Below, piece after piece: positions 35,801 through 50,300 of a DNA stretch of 64,000 bases. Each line of letters begins with the position of its first letter. The stretch's first letter is position 1. The notes beneath the pieces are model-generated. The model saw only the letters and a program-made list of their open reading frames with translations, searched no databases and was not told the DNA's origin. Both the position numbers and the translations under genes were made by a program. Source of the DNA: Lingula anatina (taxonomy: Eukaryota > Animalia > Brachiopoda); NCBI GenBank assembly GCA_051362555.1, contig CM120649.1:16382567-16446566 (forward strand), read 5' to 3'.

Positions 35801-38800
35801 CCGTATATCCCACTAGCTGTGTCCGCCGTGGAAAAGGTATGTTGTTTTACATTAAAGACAGTGTGGTGGGGACAGGGACCTAAAACAAACGATATTTGTG
35901 TGAAGAAAAGTATGGTCTTAAGCACATTACCAACTTTTCCTCGAAAATTGTTTTTTTATTTTGTAAAATAAAATATGTTATGGTGTAGGCCTACTGTGCC
36001 ATTTCATACCATGATTTAGTACATTATACCATGCTATGCTATTTATGCCATTTAATGTCATGCTATATGATAGTCCTATAATGCTATGCTATACACTATA
36101 CAATTCATCCATACCTTGAATCGGAGTAGATTTGAGGTATGGTTTCCGTGTGATTAAGTATGTACTGCGTTTTTGTACGAGCTACACGGTATGATATCCT
36201 ATGCTAAATGCCATGCTATACTACAGTGTACCTTCGTTCTCCCCCAGATCGACTTCCTCGGCTGTTATTTTGCAGTTACCGGGTGACCACCCCAAGTACG
36301 GCTGGCTTGATATACCCGGCAGTGTTCCCACGTTGAAACCAATCTGAATGGTTCCTGCCGGAATATTGTTACAAATCCCTTCGACTGAAATGAAATATGT
36401 GATACAGGATACATATACCACAGTGCACTGGTATAGTTTTTAGCCTGTTGGTAATTCATAGTATAAGTATATTGCTCAAAACTCTGAGCCCTCTTAAAAG
36501 CTGTTTTTTTCTTTGTTTCTATAAAGTCGACTCTAGAAATGAAAACACAACCAAAGAAAGGGGAATAACTAAGAATATTTTGCTAGAAGAAATGTAGGAA
36601 AAGAGAGCAGTGCCTCATCGCAAGTTCTACACACGAAGCTATGCCTCTAAATTTATAAGCACTTTCTATAAATATATCATATCATATCATATCATATCAT
36701 ATCATATCATATCATACCAAAAAAACTGTATATTTGTGCCAAAATATCATTTCCCTAAAGTCTTACAAAGAGTGTTTGACGTCAGCCATGCTACTCACAT
36801 TCAGTATGGAGATAATACTCTCTATCAGCCCCAGTCCAGTCTACGGCCTCGATACCAGCAGGCTCAGTGCAAGGTGCCCCATTGAACGTGAAGTAAAAGC
36901 GAGACCCCCGATCGGAGTTGTAACCACCCATTATACTTCCAGACCAGCGAACTCGCAGCGCGGTGGATGCGTTCTTCTTTATGTAGTTGACATTCTGCAA
37001 TGCATGGATAGTATTTATAAGTTAAAGGTGCACTGTGGTATTAACAGAGGATTGCCCTGGGTTTCAGGGGACACTGAAAACAATATCCTGAAAAAGGAGG
37101 ATACATGCTGCTAATAACGAGTTTCTACTGACCTAAAACTCAGAATGTTGCATGGTTTTTACTTATATGATAAATAAACCAGTTTCTTTGGTTTATTTTC
37201 CACTTTACATATTTTCAATGTGTAATTTCATGAAAGCGCTATACCAATAGATATTCTATTTCATGATGTACGTAAAGTCATATGAACTGATTCCGAAAGT
37301 ACTGCCTGCATGCATGCCTATATTTTTCTAAAAACATTTCGAAAACATTTCTGGGCTTTTATCTTGTAAAGTACTTTGCCGCCAAAATTACTGTATTAGT
37401 CTAATTCTGTTCCATTTCAATTACCATTAATATATTTATTTTTGATGTCTCAAAAATACAAAATATTGGCTAGGCTACTATAGTAGACACTGTTAAACTA
37501 ACCAGCACTTGGCCGCCAGTGTTCGAATACCAGCTATTCCACGTCCACTGCTGGACATTGTCCATCACTCTGTTACACGTAACTTGAAATTAAAGGCACA
37601 CAATGAGCGTTACGCCTTCATATAACAATTAAGTAATAGTATCTCAGACACGACATGGAATAATGCTAAATAGACACATATTGTGTGATAACACTGAAAT
37701 TTTGGTTTATCGCATGACACATTTACCTGTGGGACATTTAAGCAGGGGTCCAGGTCTGCAAATTATTCATTTCATCAATCAATCAACAATCAATAGATTA
37801 AAAAATAATAAGACGTTCCTTAATTTCATCACACGGTTAATTGTGTCAGCGCGTTCATACTTACTGGGCGCGGTTTTCAGTTGAATCCTGCACTGTCTGT
37901 CGTTACCGTACACCCGGGCCGATTGACAATTCTCTTTGTATCGGTCACACTCTCTGATACACGGGAGCCGGATAGAGGTAGCGGTGCTCTATACAAGGGT
38001 TTAAGTGAAATATCATAAAATAGAATAAGGTAGAACAGCGACAGAAGTAGAGTTATATATTTTTCATTTCGGTAATGTTATTTTACTGAATTTTACTTTA
38101 CGTGAAACGGTCCAAATTTTCGTAATGGTACATATATATTGGCTAAGCTACTATATAGTAGACACTGTTACACTGACCAGAACTTGTCTGCCAGTGTTCG
38201 AATATATATTTATACGGTACACACAGCTGGGACGTGCGTTAATTTGTTCACGTTGTAAATTAAGTGACATTACCAGATATGCGTTAAGGTTTTGTCTTCA
38301 GTTTTTACTGCTATTTAATTTGTCCAAAATACAAAATACCTGAAATTTTTCAACTTAACTATAGGCTTGAGCATTCATCTCCGATGATATTTTGCCTTTC
38401 ATATTTAAAACCATTGCATCAGAAATTGTGATGTATTTCATAAGGCATCTCGGTCTTATCATTCACTGTTTATAGGTATTCACGTGTAACCCCATGTTGA
38501 TATCCAGATATACGGCAAAGAGTCAGTTAAAATTTATAGTGTACAAAGTGTATGGAAAGTATAAAATTTCCACACAAATCTCATCTAAATGACTTAATTT
38601 CATCAATTAAATGTGGTGGAATTTAAGGGGTCAATGGGAGGCATATTTCTATCAGACCTGTATCAGCAGGACCTTTAAAGTAATCTAGTGCTTACCCTAA
38701 CACTTTTTCCTTTAGAAATTTCTAAAATATTCGACATAATTATCATTATGGACTTCATTTATCTTCTTAATATTTTTTAGTTGACTACCGTCCTACCTGA

Positions 38801-38922
38801 CACAGGACTTCGTTTCCAAACACCTGGCACACGTGATCATCTGCAATTTGTGAAGATTTCACAACTGAAGTACACAAAAAACTTTCCAAAACCAAGAAAA
38901 TCGTGAAACTGCTCAGTGACAT
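32887..38922 (-). CDS. Gene B1: secreted protein, PAN/apple-like Cys domain + three tandem CTHRC1-like C-terminal domains, no collagen repeat (about 535 aa)
   Basis: Exons 38797-38922 (signal), 37861-37988, 37727-37755, 37503-37582, 36799-36994, 36232-36384, 35794-35879, 35205-35412, 34749-34913, 34516-34601, 34243-34316, 33267-33400, 32887-33029. Total 1608 nt, in frame. Motifs such as [41 protein letters not shown] match the CTHRC1 C-terminal domain and recur three times. Confidence 0.85.
33897..34316 (-). repeat. 225-bp-period tandem duplication containing B1 exon 11 and a second exon copy (34018-34091) with an altered acceptor
   Basis: 33897-34091 is nearly identical to 34122-34316. Confidence 0.85.
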
Positions 38923-39130
38923 TTTCACTAGAACGTGCGTCAACCGCACCTCTATACATTGGTCTTTAAACTAAATATCGACAGACAAGAATTCCACAAT
39001 TATTCTATGGCACAAACAAATGTTGACAACGCGTTGCCTAGGAGACAATGTCAAACTTGTCTGTGATTGGCCGACGGAGGATCAATTTCTTAGAAATGTG
39101 CCCGTTGGTTGGTTTTCACATATTTCCCCT
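38923..39130 (-). promoter_or_regulatory. Putative 5' UTR/proximal promoter of B1, near-identical to that of B2 (58860-59070)
   Basis: One mismatch seen in about 125 bp next to the ATG. CCAAT motif at about 39065 and 59002. Confidence 0.5.
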
Positions 39131-39883
39131 GCGTCCTCCTCTTCTAATTTTCAGTGGCTTATAATCAATAGAAGCGTGACGACATCACAAGAAAGCGAAC
39201 ATGCGTTAGTGTACAAGTTTGCACTCGAAAATGATTCGCCTTTAAATATTAATTTTAATTTAGATCCTACAGACATAAATCGACATGTATCGCTGATTGA
39301 AGATGGACGTTTTGTTTTCTTTTGGGCTACATTAAGTGCTCTGAGTTTAATTTTTGATGTGCACATCCAAACACTTCACATACTAAACTATTTTCAAGGG
39401 ATATAAACAGAGAGTCGAGACTTTCAATTATAAATCGGTTGGGAATCGGGTATTGTTAAATTACATACACATAGTTTTTCAAATAAATCGTTCATGGTCG
39501 CAGTTTAATTTTTGATGCTTGCGTTGTTTCAACGTTTGCATCCTAACACTTCATGCATTAAACAATTTTCATGGGATATATACATAGACTTGTGTTTTGA
39601 TGGGAATTCATGTGTAGTCGTAGGATATGATTCAAATATTAAACTTTTCAATTTCTACACTAAATCACGGATGATCACGGACGTGATCGAAAGCTCTCTC
39701 AGGTATAGCTCTATTTTTAGTTTTATATTTGAATCATAGACTTGTAGCTTTCAATCATGCATTGGTCGTGGAGTTACAAAGTTACATCAGTTACAAAGTT
39801 TCTCATATACCCCATACCAATAAAAAAAAAATGTCACCCCTACGTACATACGACATTTTCTGCCTCTGGTCGCCCTACATAAT

Positions 39884-40170
39884 TCATGGCATGGGGCGTA
39901 TTGGCTACCATGGTGTAGGCAAGCTAGTATTGGTCAACGGGAACCTGAACGTAGAGCATTACATGTAAGTTCTGGAAAGAACTTAAGGAATTCTGTAGAG
40001 AATATGTTAGGTGAACATGACCACCCAGTTATGTTTCAACATGATAATTCTATTCTACGTAGAGTCAATACAATAGTAGACTGGTTAAATGCTAATCAGA
40101 TCCAAACTCCCCGATGGCAAACTAAATCCTTAGATCATAACATCAATGAGAATGCGTGGATATCCTGGGA
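39884..40170 (+). mobile_element. Tc1-like transposase remnant (DDE C-terminal part)
   Basis: WGRIGYHGVGKLVLVNGNLN..Y..FQHDNS..V..WL...W..KSLDHNINENAW, with a stop and a frameshift. Confidence 0.8.
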
Positions 40171-43100
40171 AATGGATAACCCTCCAAACAAATTGTGTTT
40201 GGTACTACACACCAGTGTATCTTGGGTCTAAGCACCTAGCCTGAACAGTTGAAAGCACTTAACTTCCCTTAGCTATCACAGTCGATTTAGAAGGGAGTGC
40301 CATCAATTATGGAATTATAACCGCTGATACTCATTACCATATCTTATAATCTGTTATCAGTTATTGAGCCGCCTTCTTGCTGAAGAGTTTGTCCCCATAT
40401 ATAATTCAATAGTCATCATTAAAACACAAATGAAGTAAAAATGAAATCGATAAGGCTGTTTTCAGATCAAAAACATTAACGTAGTTAACAAAAAAAGTAG
40501 TAATCAGAAGGGTTTCATGGGGCTTATAGCTGTATGTCTCGAACCACTGAGCTATGGAAAGCCCCTAACGTTCCAAGCCTTCGCGGTCGATTTAGATAGC
40601 AGGACTGTCATCGTCTCTCACAGCTATCACCAATGATACCAATTATCGTATTTTACTCAGCCATCACTTACTGTGGCTGTTCTGATGATGGAGTGTCTGT
40701 TCACATCTACAATTCAACAATCATTACTGGGAGCATGAAAGCTTGAAAACATTCATTTGTTTTACAAAATGGAATTCATGGGAAAGATATGCAGATTGGT
40801 GAAAAAAGAAAGAGTTGAACTTTTGAAATGAAAAAGTAAACTGGCAAATAAATAAGACCTTAGAAATTCAAAGTCCATGTAAATCAGAGGAGTAAATTAT
40901 TTGAAAAAAAAATCAATCGAAATGCCATTTTCCCCATTTCTCACCCCTTTCACCAAAAAACATGTATCCTACAGGGAACCAACCTTTGACGGGCAGCTTA
41001 GCAGGGGGAGTGGAATTATTGCCCATTATTGCAAATTTGGATGGAAAAGGTCCACTCTGGATCAAGATCTCTGGATTTGGGTTGTGTGTCACTTCTCAAG
41101 CTGAATCAATTAGGGGAGTAAAGGAGACCACATTTGCAGACCCCCAGCTCCTTTGAGATTGTTGGCTCCCGTGACCTGGCTGTGTATGCATACCTAAGCC
41201 ATATCCATGAAAGTAAATCAAGACCTCATAGTGGGAGACCATAGCTCTCGTTTACATTAAGGGCTGTATAATTTTCTGTTTTGCATCAGATTGACAGATT
41301 GACTGCTTATTAGCCTGGCTAATACTAAATTGAACGGCTGTACTTAACATGGCCAATTACCCGAATTTAGAAGGATCACAGAACCAGAGAGATAGAAAAA
41401 ACGCACTGCCCAATGTAAAAAAAAGGCATGAAAAGCATGAAAAACAGGCAGACAGGTCGACGGAGCTTACAGCTAGCTGTTATACACCGTAGGGGAGCAT
41501 TCTAATAGGCACATCGGACTTTGTAAGACACTCCAATTCTGCAAGGGCTCTTGCTAAATGCAGGGGCGGATTTAGGGCGTCTTCTGGGTCTTCCAGAAAA
41601 CAGTCAGATTTTTAATTTTACATTGACGGGTATCTATTTTTTTCTGTCGGAAGACGGTCAAAAAGGGAGGATGAATCAACAAAGATAATTTGGAAGACTC
41701 AGAAAATAACTCTGGATCCGCCCCTGAAAGGCCCCGTCACACTTATTCAGAATGAAAAGGATTCTAGCGGAACCAGCCGGAATGAAGAATTTTCAACATT
41801 CGTACTACATTCGGGAAGAAATTCAGCAATTGTACCTCAGCCTCCGAGTGGACTGTCTTAAGGAAGAAATTGCTTTCCACTGTTCACAATCTCTTGTTGC
41901 ATTTTAGCCATCCATCTTTACATATATGGTTTGGGATATTTGGCATTGGTCTGTTTTCGTACATCTGTTATGATTTATATAACCAAATCTCACTAGAGTA
42001 AGTGTGTGTAAAAATATCAACCGATATTGTCTGATTAAATTTCTTTACATCTTTTTTTATGTTTCTACCAGTAGTTTTCTTTCATAAGAATGAATAGAAT
42101 AAATTCTGTATTATTTTTAACTACACTTCAACCCTGCCTAAACATGGAGTATCTACATTTTAGAGTAAATTCAACAATGTTTACAGTCGATTTTTTTGTA
42201 AAATCATTCAATTTCTACGTAAATTTTCCCCCATGAGTGGAGTGTATGTGACATACTTTTTATGCAATAGCGAAAAAAATACCAGAGTTCGTTTTTTTAT
42301 TACAGGAGGGGGTGAATATTCAAAGGAGGCTCCCCAAAAATAGAATGCCATTAGGGGGTCTCGATTTTTGGTGAGGGGGACTGGGGCTGGGATCAGACTT
42401 AAATAATGATCGGTTCCTAGCTGTATCAGAACATTTACTGATTTATTTAAAATCAATTCAAATCAGTTTATCCAAGTAACGCAAAAGTTCATTTGGATTT
42501 ATCCCTTTGACTATATCATGATCAAATTGAAAACAGGAATGGAATAGTGACATACGTGTACAGTAGTAACAGACAACGATGTAGGATATCAATTCAAACA
42601 TTTATTCACAGACTTTCTGTACATACTCACACACGATGTAATCCATCCTTTATCTATCCATATTGTTCATAGATTTTCTTTACATCATCTTTTAGTTCAT
42701 CATAAGAATATTTCATTCTTATTTGTCAATCAGCTACATGTATTCCCTATTTCGTTATTAGGCAATCTCTGTGAACCTTGTTTTCGTCTCTTACAATTAA
42801 TAATAACAATAGTAATAAATTTATTAGTAGTAGAAGTACTATTAATATTGAAACTAAAATTTAGATTTTACATGCACTATAGATGAGTGTTAAAAATAGA
42901 TAAAACTTATTATGACATTTTCCACTAATGATTAAAATATTAAATCAATCAACCTCTTTTAAGTAATTAAATGCGACTGTATTAAAATTTATCAACTCCA
43001 ATTGAATTAAAATCTTTGCAGGCTTAGCAGGTCTTGGTTTCGGAAAGTAAAAAAGCTGAGATTGCCTTAGGTCATGTGAATTCATGTTCTTTCACTTTTG

Positions 43101-44311
43101 GCAATAAGTGGTTCAACTTATCTTTTTCTTTGCACATGCTTACGACATTTTACAACATTTTACGACAAAAATAATCACTGTTATTCACGTCATGTAAATC
43201 ACGTTTATATGGCCATTCAACTAAGACCATACTGTAGTAGAAGTAGTAGTAGTAGTAGTAGTACCATTTCATTTGCACGAGTGAAAGAGCAACCAAAAAC
43301 AGCATCCGCTAAATTATGACATATAACAAATATAATGCCTATATTGCTGCAATAAAAATACCCATGGAGACGACATGTACTACAGAGATGCAAATATTAA
43401 AATAAGTTATAAACTCGAAAAACGTTACCAGTAAACCAAAACAGTTAACAAACAATTTTGATATTGCGGGTTCCCACACAGTTTCGATATGACCCATTAA
43501 AGCGGGACGTCTGTATCACTCTAGAAAAGGCAATCAAGCTGTTGGTTAATACACATAAATTGTGACAATTTTCTTAATGTGCAATAAAACCCACTTAATG
43601 ACAATCAGATACGGATGGGCCTTTTGCAAATACATAACTAGATGTTGACTGTTTTTGTTAACCGAAGAGTTTAAATGCTCTCCAGCATTCTTTTGTTTAC
43701 TGGATACGGGTAAGCTCTCCAGTAAACAAAAGAATGCAACATCTAGTGATCTAGTTGCAAAGGGCCCATTATAGCCTCAAGTATTGAGTTGTCTTTATTT
43801 CTATACTATTTACCACACGCTATGGTGACATACAGTTATAAGAACCATTTAACACAAAAAATAAAAAAGAAAATCCGTATAACATGCTAATTAGGTTGGA
43901 TAAATGAATCAAATCTTTTTCGTAAGCACTATAATTTCAGGGTTATATTTCATATCTAACAATAACATTGAATTTTTAAATATTTCCGTATGTCTCTTTA
44001 AACTTCATAAACCTATCTTCTTTTCGTAAGTATTTCAAATATGAACTTTGAGGATCTACTGATAATCTACATAAATCAAGTTTTTGCCATCATCTGATGA
44101 TTATCTTAATCAACTTATCGCCTTTTCGTATCTAACGATAATCTTTTTGAAATTTTGATCTTTTTATAAGTAGCTTCAAATTAGCTTCACAATTATCCAT
44201 TAGTTTAACCTGGTGTAGCTTTATGTGACGGCATCACCTCATAATATGATAAAACTTATATCTGCATTATTTTAATTGGGGAGGGTAAAAATCCTCGCAC
44301 AACAAAGTACC

Positions 44312-47300
44312 TTAAGGCAGGACGACCTCTTCAGCAGAAACGAAGAAACTTGTCTGCCAGCCAGTGACGGCATCCACCGGAGACCCCGAGCATGAAGAGG
44401 TATGTATGCTGAGTACCAGGTTCCCTGCGGGAAGACCCGTACAAATACCGCTCACTGGAATAATAAGAATTACGTCATGTGTTGTTTCAAAATGACGATA
44501 GGTGGCAGTTGAGTGTATGCTGGCATAATGCCAAGTAAGACAACGTTATTAAGATTTTTTTTTTCAAATTAAATCGAAATCAATTTGATCACCACTAACC
44601 TTTAACCACGGTCATTTTATCATAAGGTTCTTTCATGCGACTCATACTTTTATATCAGCATACATGTATTGAGCATATCCAAGCACTTATTTTTATTATT
44701 GTACATGTACACACTTACCAGTGTGTTAGTAACTTTACAAGATGGTCCATGAAAAACGACCTATTTTGAACTGAGATGGACAGTAAAATAGGTCGTTTTT
44801 ATAGACCACCCTGTATATAAAGGATTGCGGAAATAATAAAATTAAAAGACATAAGAATAACAATGACAATAATGACAGGAATCGATCGAGATGAACTGCT
44901 TTTGAGGGTACTTTATACCTGTTATGGGGAACAGATGCTGTGTTGTTATTTGGACCGAATCCGTGTAGCGAAGGCCCTTCACCACGTGTGTCGATACAGG
45001 GCAACCGTTCCCGCCAAACCGGAACTGCCACATCGTACAAAAATCCCTTCTCCTAAAAAAAGAGGTGATATGCTTGTCGTCGGACCACGTGACCTCCATA
45101 GATGGCTATACATAAGAGAGTATTACAAAAAATCTTTTTAGAAAAAAAAAACAGGGACTTGCTTTGAATGACTGGTGGCAATAACGTATGTATCTTTTTG
45201 GGAGATTAAAATTATAATCGCTGCCTAAAGAACTAAACGATGTGCATATAACCATATATGATGTGTACACGATCATTTTACCTTGATATTAACAATGGTA
45301 ATCGGTACAAAATTTGGACATACTTTAAAGTTTTTATGGAGCATAATGAACACCGTTTTGCTTCTTATAACAGACTTTGGGAGATAACCTAGGTCGATAT
45401 AATTCATTGTGAACGGTCTCTAATATGTAAGAGAGTCATACTATACGTACTGACTGGTCATCACTGTGGCTGTCATACTGACCCTCAGGCCACTGTCGAA
45501 GGACATCTTGGGGTAGATCATGCTCTGAAATTGATATAAACACGTTAAAGTTTTATTACACATACTAGTATATTAATAATGATTATAATAGTTTTTTATC
45601 CAACACATTGAAGATTAATGTCAAATCACCGTATAGATCTTAAAATAAGATACAATACTGATGCATCTATGAAGGTGTACTTTAAATATTACATATAACA
45701 TCTTTAAAGTAGATCCTCATAGACGCATCAGTATTAAAACTTTTTTATCCAACACATGAAATGGTATGCCTATGTAAGGATTTGAATGAGCGTATGGGGT
45801 TTTTTTGATCTTTTTTAATATAAATGGAACATGAATAAAACAAATACCAATTTTCGACAGAATTTATAACTGTATTAGCAGGAATGAAAAAGAGGGGGAT
45901 AGAAAGGAATGCAGAGAAATAGAAAGAAAGAAAGTTAATCATATAATTGATATATTGACATACCTTGATTTCTCCCAGACCTGTGAAGTTTAGGTTGTAC
46001 CAGTTCCAGTGACGAAGATTAAACACCTGTTGAGCAGCTTTAGGTAGATCTAAAGATAGAATGAAAATGTGTTCTCACTCGTCTAATTAATTGGTCTTGC
46101 ATCCTATATTAAAATGTGTTTGATACATGGACGCTTGTATAGAATGTACATGTATCTTCCCAGAATTTATAACTTTATACCCATGCTCTACAGTAAACTT
46201 GTCAGCTTCAACTTCGAACAGTTGATTAAGGACGCACAATTCAAGTAGGGAATGCTTCCTGCATGTGCAGGAAACTCATTGTTATTACGTTACTGATAGG
46301 ACTGTAAAAAGAAAATAGTATAAGACCTATGTTGGGCAATTACAATGCCATAGTGCAACTCCTTAATAGCACATAATAAAACCTACCAAAATACACTGAG
46401 AAAATTACGATACATATACCTATTTCCGAAATCTTTCAAGAGCTCTTTTTAAATTTATCATTTTTCACCAGTACGAGTGAAATGCACCAGCCTCAGTACT
46501 TCCATGTGAGGGCCGGGTGTGACTAAAATCTGACAGACTTATACCAACGACGGTTTATAGATCGTTTTGACACCTTCGGTTCTTATACGGGGGCGGATCT
46601 AGGATTATTTGAAGGGGAGTCCGGTTTTAAAATATGACAGGCCGCAATGCGAAGCCGATCCCACCCCCCACCTCCCCTCCGAGGTGGGGTTCGGGGCCCA
46701 TCGAAAAATGTTGGCGCTTTAGAGGGCGAACGGTGCCATTTGGTACGGTTTCGAACTATGATTCATTCACTTGGCTGAAGTCCCTTCTAGTAAACATCCA
46801 ATATCTGAGCAGGAGTACTAAATGTCAGAGGAAGCTGTTAATATTCCATTTAGTTTACGTGCGAGATCTCCTCTTATTTTTAGGAAATTAGATTTTGAGC
46901 ACCTATATTTTCAACATTTGTTCAAAAGTGAAAAAATAAATAGAAGAATAACAGAACAAATGACTGATACTGAATTCTAGCTGTTTTATCCTCGTTATAA
47001 ATCGTTTAAAAAGCGTAAATAACCAGGGGCGGATCTAGGATTATTTGAAGGGGGCCTGCTTCTTTTTTAAGGAATGACATACGATACTGACCCTCGGCCC
47101 CCTTGGCGTGGGGTTCGGGGCCTGCATTTTTCATTATTTCAGGACCCCCTGACCCCTCCAAATCCGCCACTGATATACAACTGCATCATGGTGTTAAAGG
47201 GCAAAGTGCTGGAATCCCCAAGAACTACCCTAGTAGGCCTACGTGTATATCCAAAATAAAACTAGCCCTACCTGCAAACTGTGACTTCCCAAGTCTAACT

Positions 47301-50300
47301 TCCTCCACAATAATCCTGGAGACGTCATTGACGCGAGGGTCCGGATCCATTTGGTTGAGGTTGCCAAATAGACATTGTCCAACATTCAAAGCAACTGCAT
47401 AATCTCCTTGGCCTAGATTTTGGCAAATCCCTTCAACTTAAAAAACAAATAACAGAGCGATTAACATATTAGTCCTACTACGGTGGAAGGATGTGTACTG
47501 ATAAAACTTGTTTCTAACTAAAATTTTTGACTATTTTTTTTCTCTTGAAATCTTTCTTAATGATGCTTTTACGTCCAATTGTCCATATTGTTTCAATCAT
47601 GCAGAGATGCCGTCATTATGACGTCCTGCATCAATGATTGTTGAATTACAAACAGATAAAATGTTTGTTTAACGTAATGGAATATATAGACCGGAAAAAG
47701 TACTAGAGCAATGTATATCCTGCATATAAGAAGGACTTTAAAAAACGCCGCCTACTTGAATGAGTCGTCTGCGTTCGGATGATGGGATCGGTGAGCCATG
47801 CAATGGCTCCATCTATCGGAGTGGGAGCTTTACACTCTTCTCCATTAAAGGTAAAATAAAATCGCAGACAACCGGGTGCTGGACTTTGGGATTTTGCACC
47901 TAAGGCCCCAAACCAACGTACTCGGAGAGATGTATCGGGAGCCTGTTTGGTGTAACTGAATGCCTGGGAAATATAAATATATGTTTGAATGTACATTATT
48001 ATGTGTTTCAAATCATGGTTACATGTATAATAGGTACTCAGTAGGCCTACTAAACGTGTTCTGTACAACCTAAAAATGCAACATTTAAATTTGATATTTC
48101 CTTAATCCCACAAAGTGAAAAATTTGTAGGAAAAGATTCATCTGTTTTTAAACGAAATATTTTCAGAAAACGTTTGATACTCTAATGACAAATAAAGATC
48201 TTTATTACACTGATCATGAAGGTTCATTGATGGAAGCTATCCGTGAAATGTTAGATCAATTTCAAAATAAACGGGTTATACATATTGTATAGTTCTCTAC
48301 ACGCAGGCCCTATACATGTACAAAAGTTTCACATAGGCCTACCGAAGCGCTGTATACACCACTAGCTGTATCCGCCGTGGCAAAGGTATGTTGTTTTACA
48401 TTAAACACAGTGCGGTGGGGACACGTTCCTAAAAGAAATGATATTTGTGTGAGAAATTGGGTGCACACACACGCATCACAAACACAGACTGGTGCGCGCA
48501 TGAAATATCGAGTATCTGCAGGTACCAGTCAACAATCCTCGCTATTCTTGATTCCTGCAATGCAGGTTATTATTATTGCAATGAAGGTTCCTTGTCGCAA
48601 AAGAAACATAGACCAAAATTTAAGTGTATTTTTGCTCGAGGTAGATTTTATAATATGATGTAAATGGTTAGCGTTGTGGATCATTAGTTACTATATCTTA
48701 GTGTTACTGAACTTTACTTTGTACTGAAGCACATTAAGCCTCGGTCACAACCGGACGCACGAATTTCAGGATCGTAGGCCTACGTCCCCTGCGATTTTTG
48801 GGTGTTGCGGGGGCCGTGGAGGTCGTAGAGGTAGAGGAAAGTCTGCCTTTCGAGCAGCAAGGGCCACGTGAGATGTCCTTTCAAGCAGGGACGCTAATTG
48901 CAAGGAGCGATGGCCGTGGAAATTGTAGGCTACTCATTTCTTGAGTTTGCCTTGCTTCCTGTGTACGTGGCACACACTCACCACTTACGAAGGGAATGGA
49001 ACGCACGGCGAAAGTAATGCCCTTTTGCGTCAGTTTTGCTTCACGCTTGCCTCACACGTTTGTGGTGACGTACTGACGGCGTACATAAGTTTTGCTTCCT
49101 GTTCTCCTCTTTTTTCTTCTTCCTCCTCCCTTTTTTCTACTATGTAAGCTTCTTTCTCTTGCCTTTTGGAGGCATATTAGAAACTAAATTGGGAAAAAAT
49201 TTGAAAAATTTGAAAATCACGTTACACAATCGACGTTCATTGTAAAGACACGAGCGTGCGTCGTGAGCACGCCTTTTATACACCAGGCGTGGGGGTGACG
49301 CACGTGCGACGCATTCCCGGTGTGCTCTCGACTTTGTTCGTTAGTTGTGAGGGTGTGCGCCTTACTCAACACGCAAAGGGCACTTGTTCCTTCATTGCTT
49401 GCGACGTGCGTCTTGCACAACGTGCGTCTCTCTTGCTAACTCCGTGCGAGGGGAGCAAGTTACGCTTGTGGCCTCGCTGTGCGCAGGCTATTCGTAGAAT
49501 CTTTTGGACATGTCCAACATCCTCCGTACGTGCTTACGGGCTTTCTGCGAACTACAAATTTCGTAAAGCCTAGGTCCCGACCGAACGCACGGGCTGCTAC
49601 GTGTGGTCAACGGCCAAAAAAAATGGGGAAAACGTGGGAGTTCGTGCGTGAGGAGCACGTCCATCGTGCGACTTTTGGAGGACGCAAACAGCACGTAAAA
49701 ACTTTTCGACATGATCAACAGCCGCAACGTGCGATCTACATGTAGTTACGTCCTAGCTAGACGCAAGGAACCTAAAAACCGTGAGTCCAAAATGTAGGAC
49801 GTGGCTAGATCGCAGGGAGGGAATCAAGTAAAGCCTAGGTCCCAACTACGTTTTGGACGCACGGTTTTTAGGTTCCTTGCGTCCTTCTAGGACGTAGCTA
49901 GATCGCAGGGAAGAAATCAAGTAAAGTCTAGGCCCCAACCGAACGCACGGGCTGCTACGTGTGGTCTACGGCCAAAAAACGGGGAAAACGTGAGAGTTCG
50001 TGCGTGAGGAGCACGTCCATCGTGCGACTTTTGGAGGACGCAAACAGCACGTAGAAACTTTTCGACATGATCAACAACCGCTACGTGCGATCTAGGTACG
50101 TCCTAGCCGGACGTAAGGAACCTAAAAACTGTGCGTCGAAAACGTAGTTGGGACCTAGGCTTTAAGAAGGACTTGAGATTCGTGGGACGTGAGATTCTAC
50201 CCAAAATTTGGACGCAAACAGCCCGTAAGAGCCCGTACGGCCGGTTGTGACCGAGGCTTTACCAACTTTCGAACAAACTTCCTTTGTGATTATGCCATGC

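Noticed and set aside
32887-38922. Assigning the symbol CTHRC1 to B1/B2
   Set aside because: There is no collagen helix and there are three divergent domains, so orthology is not supported.
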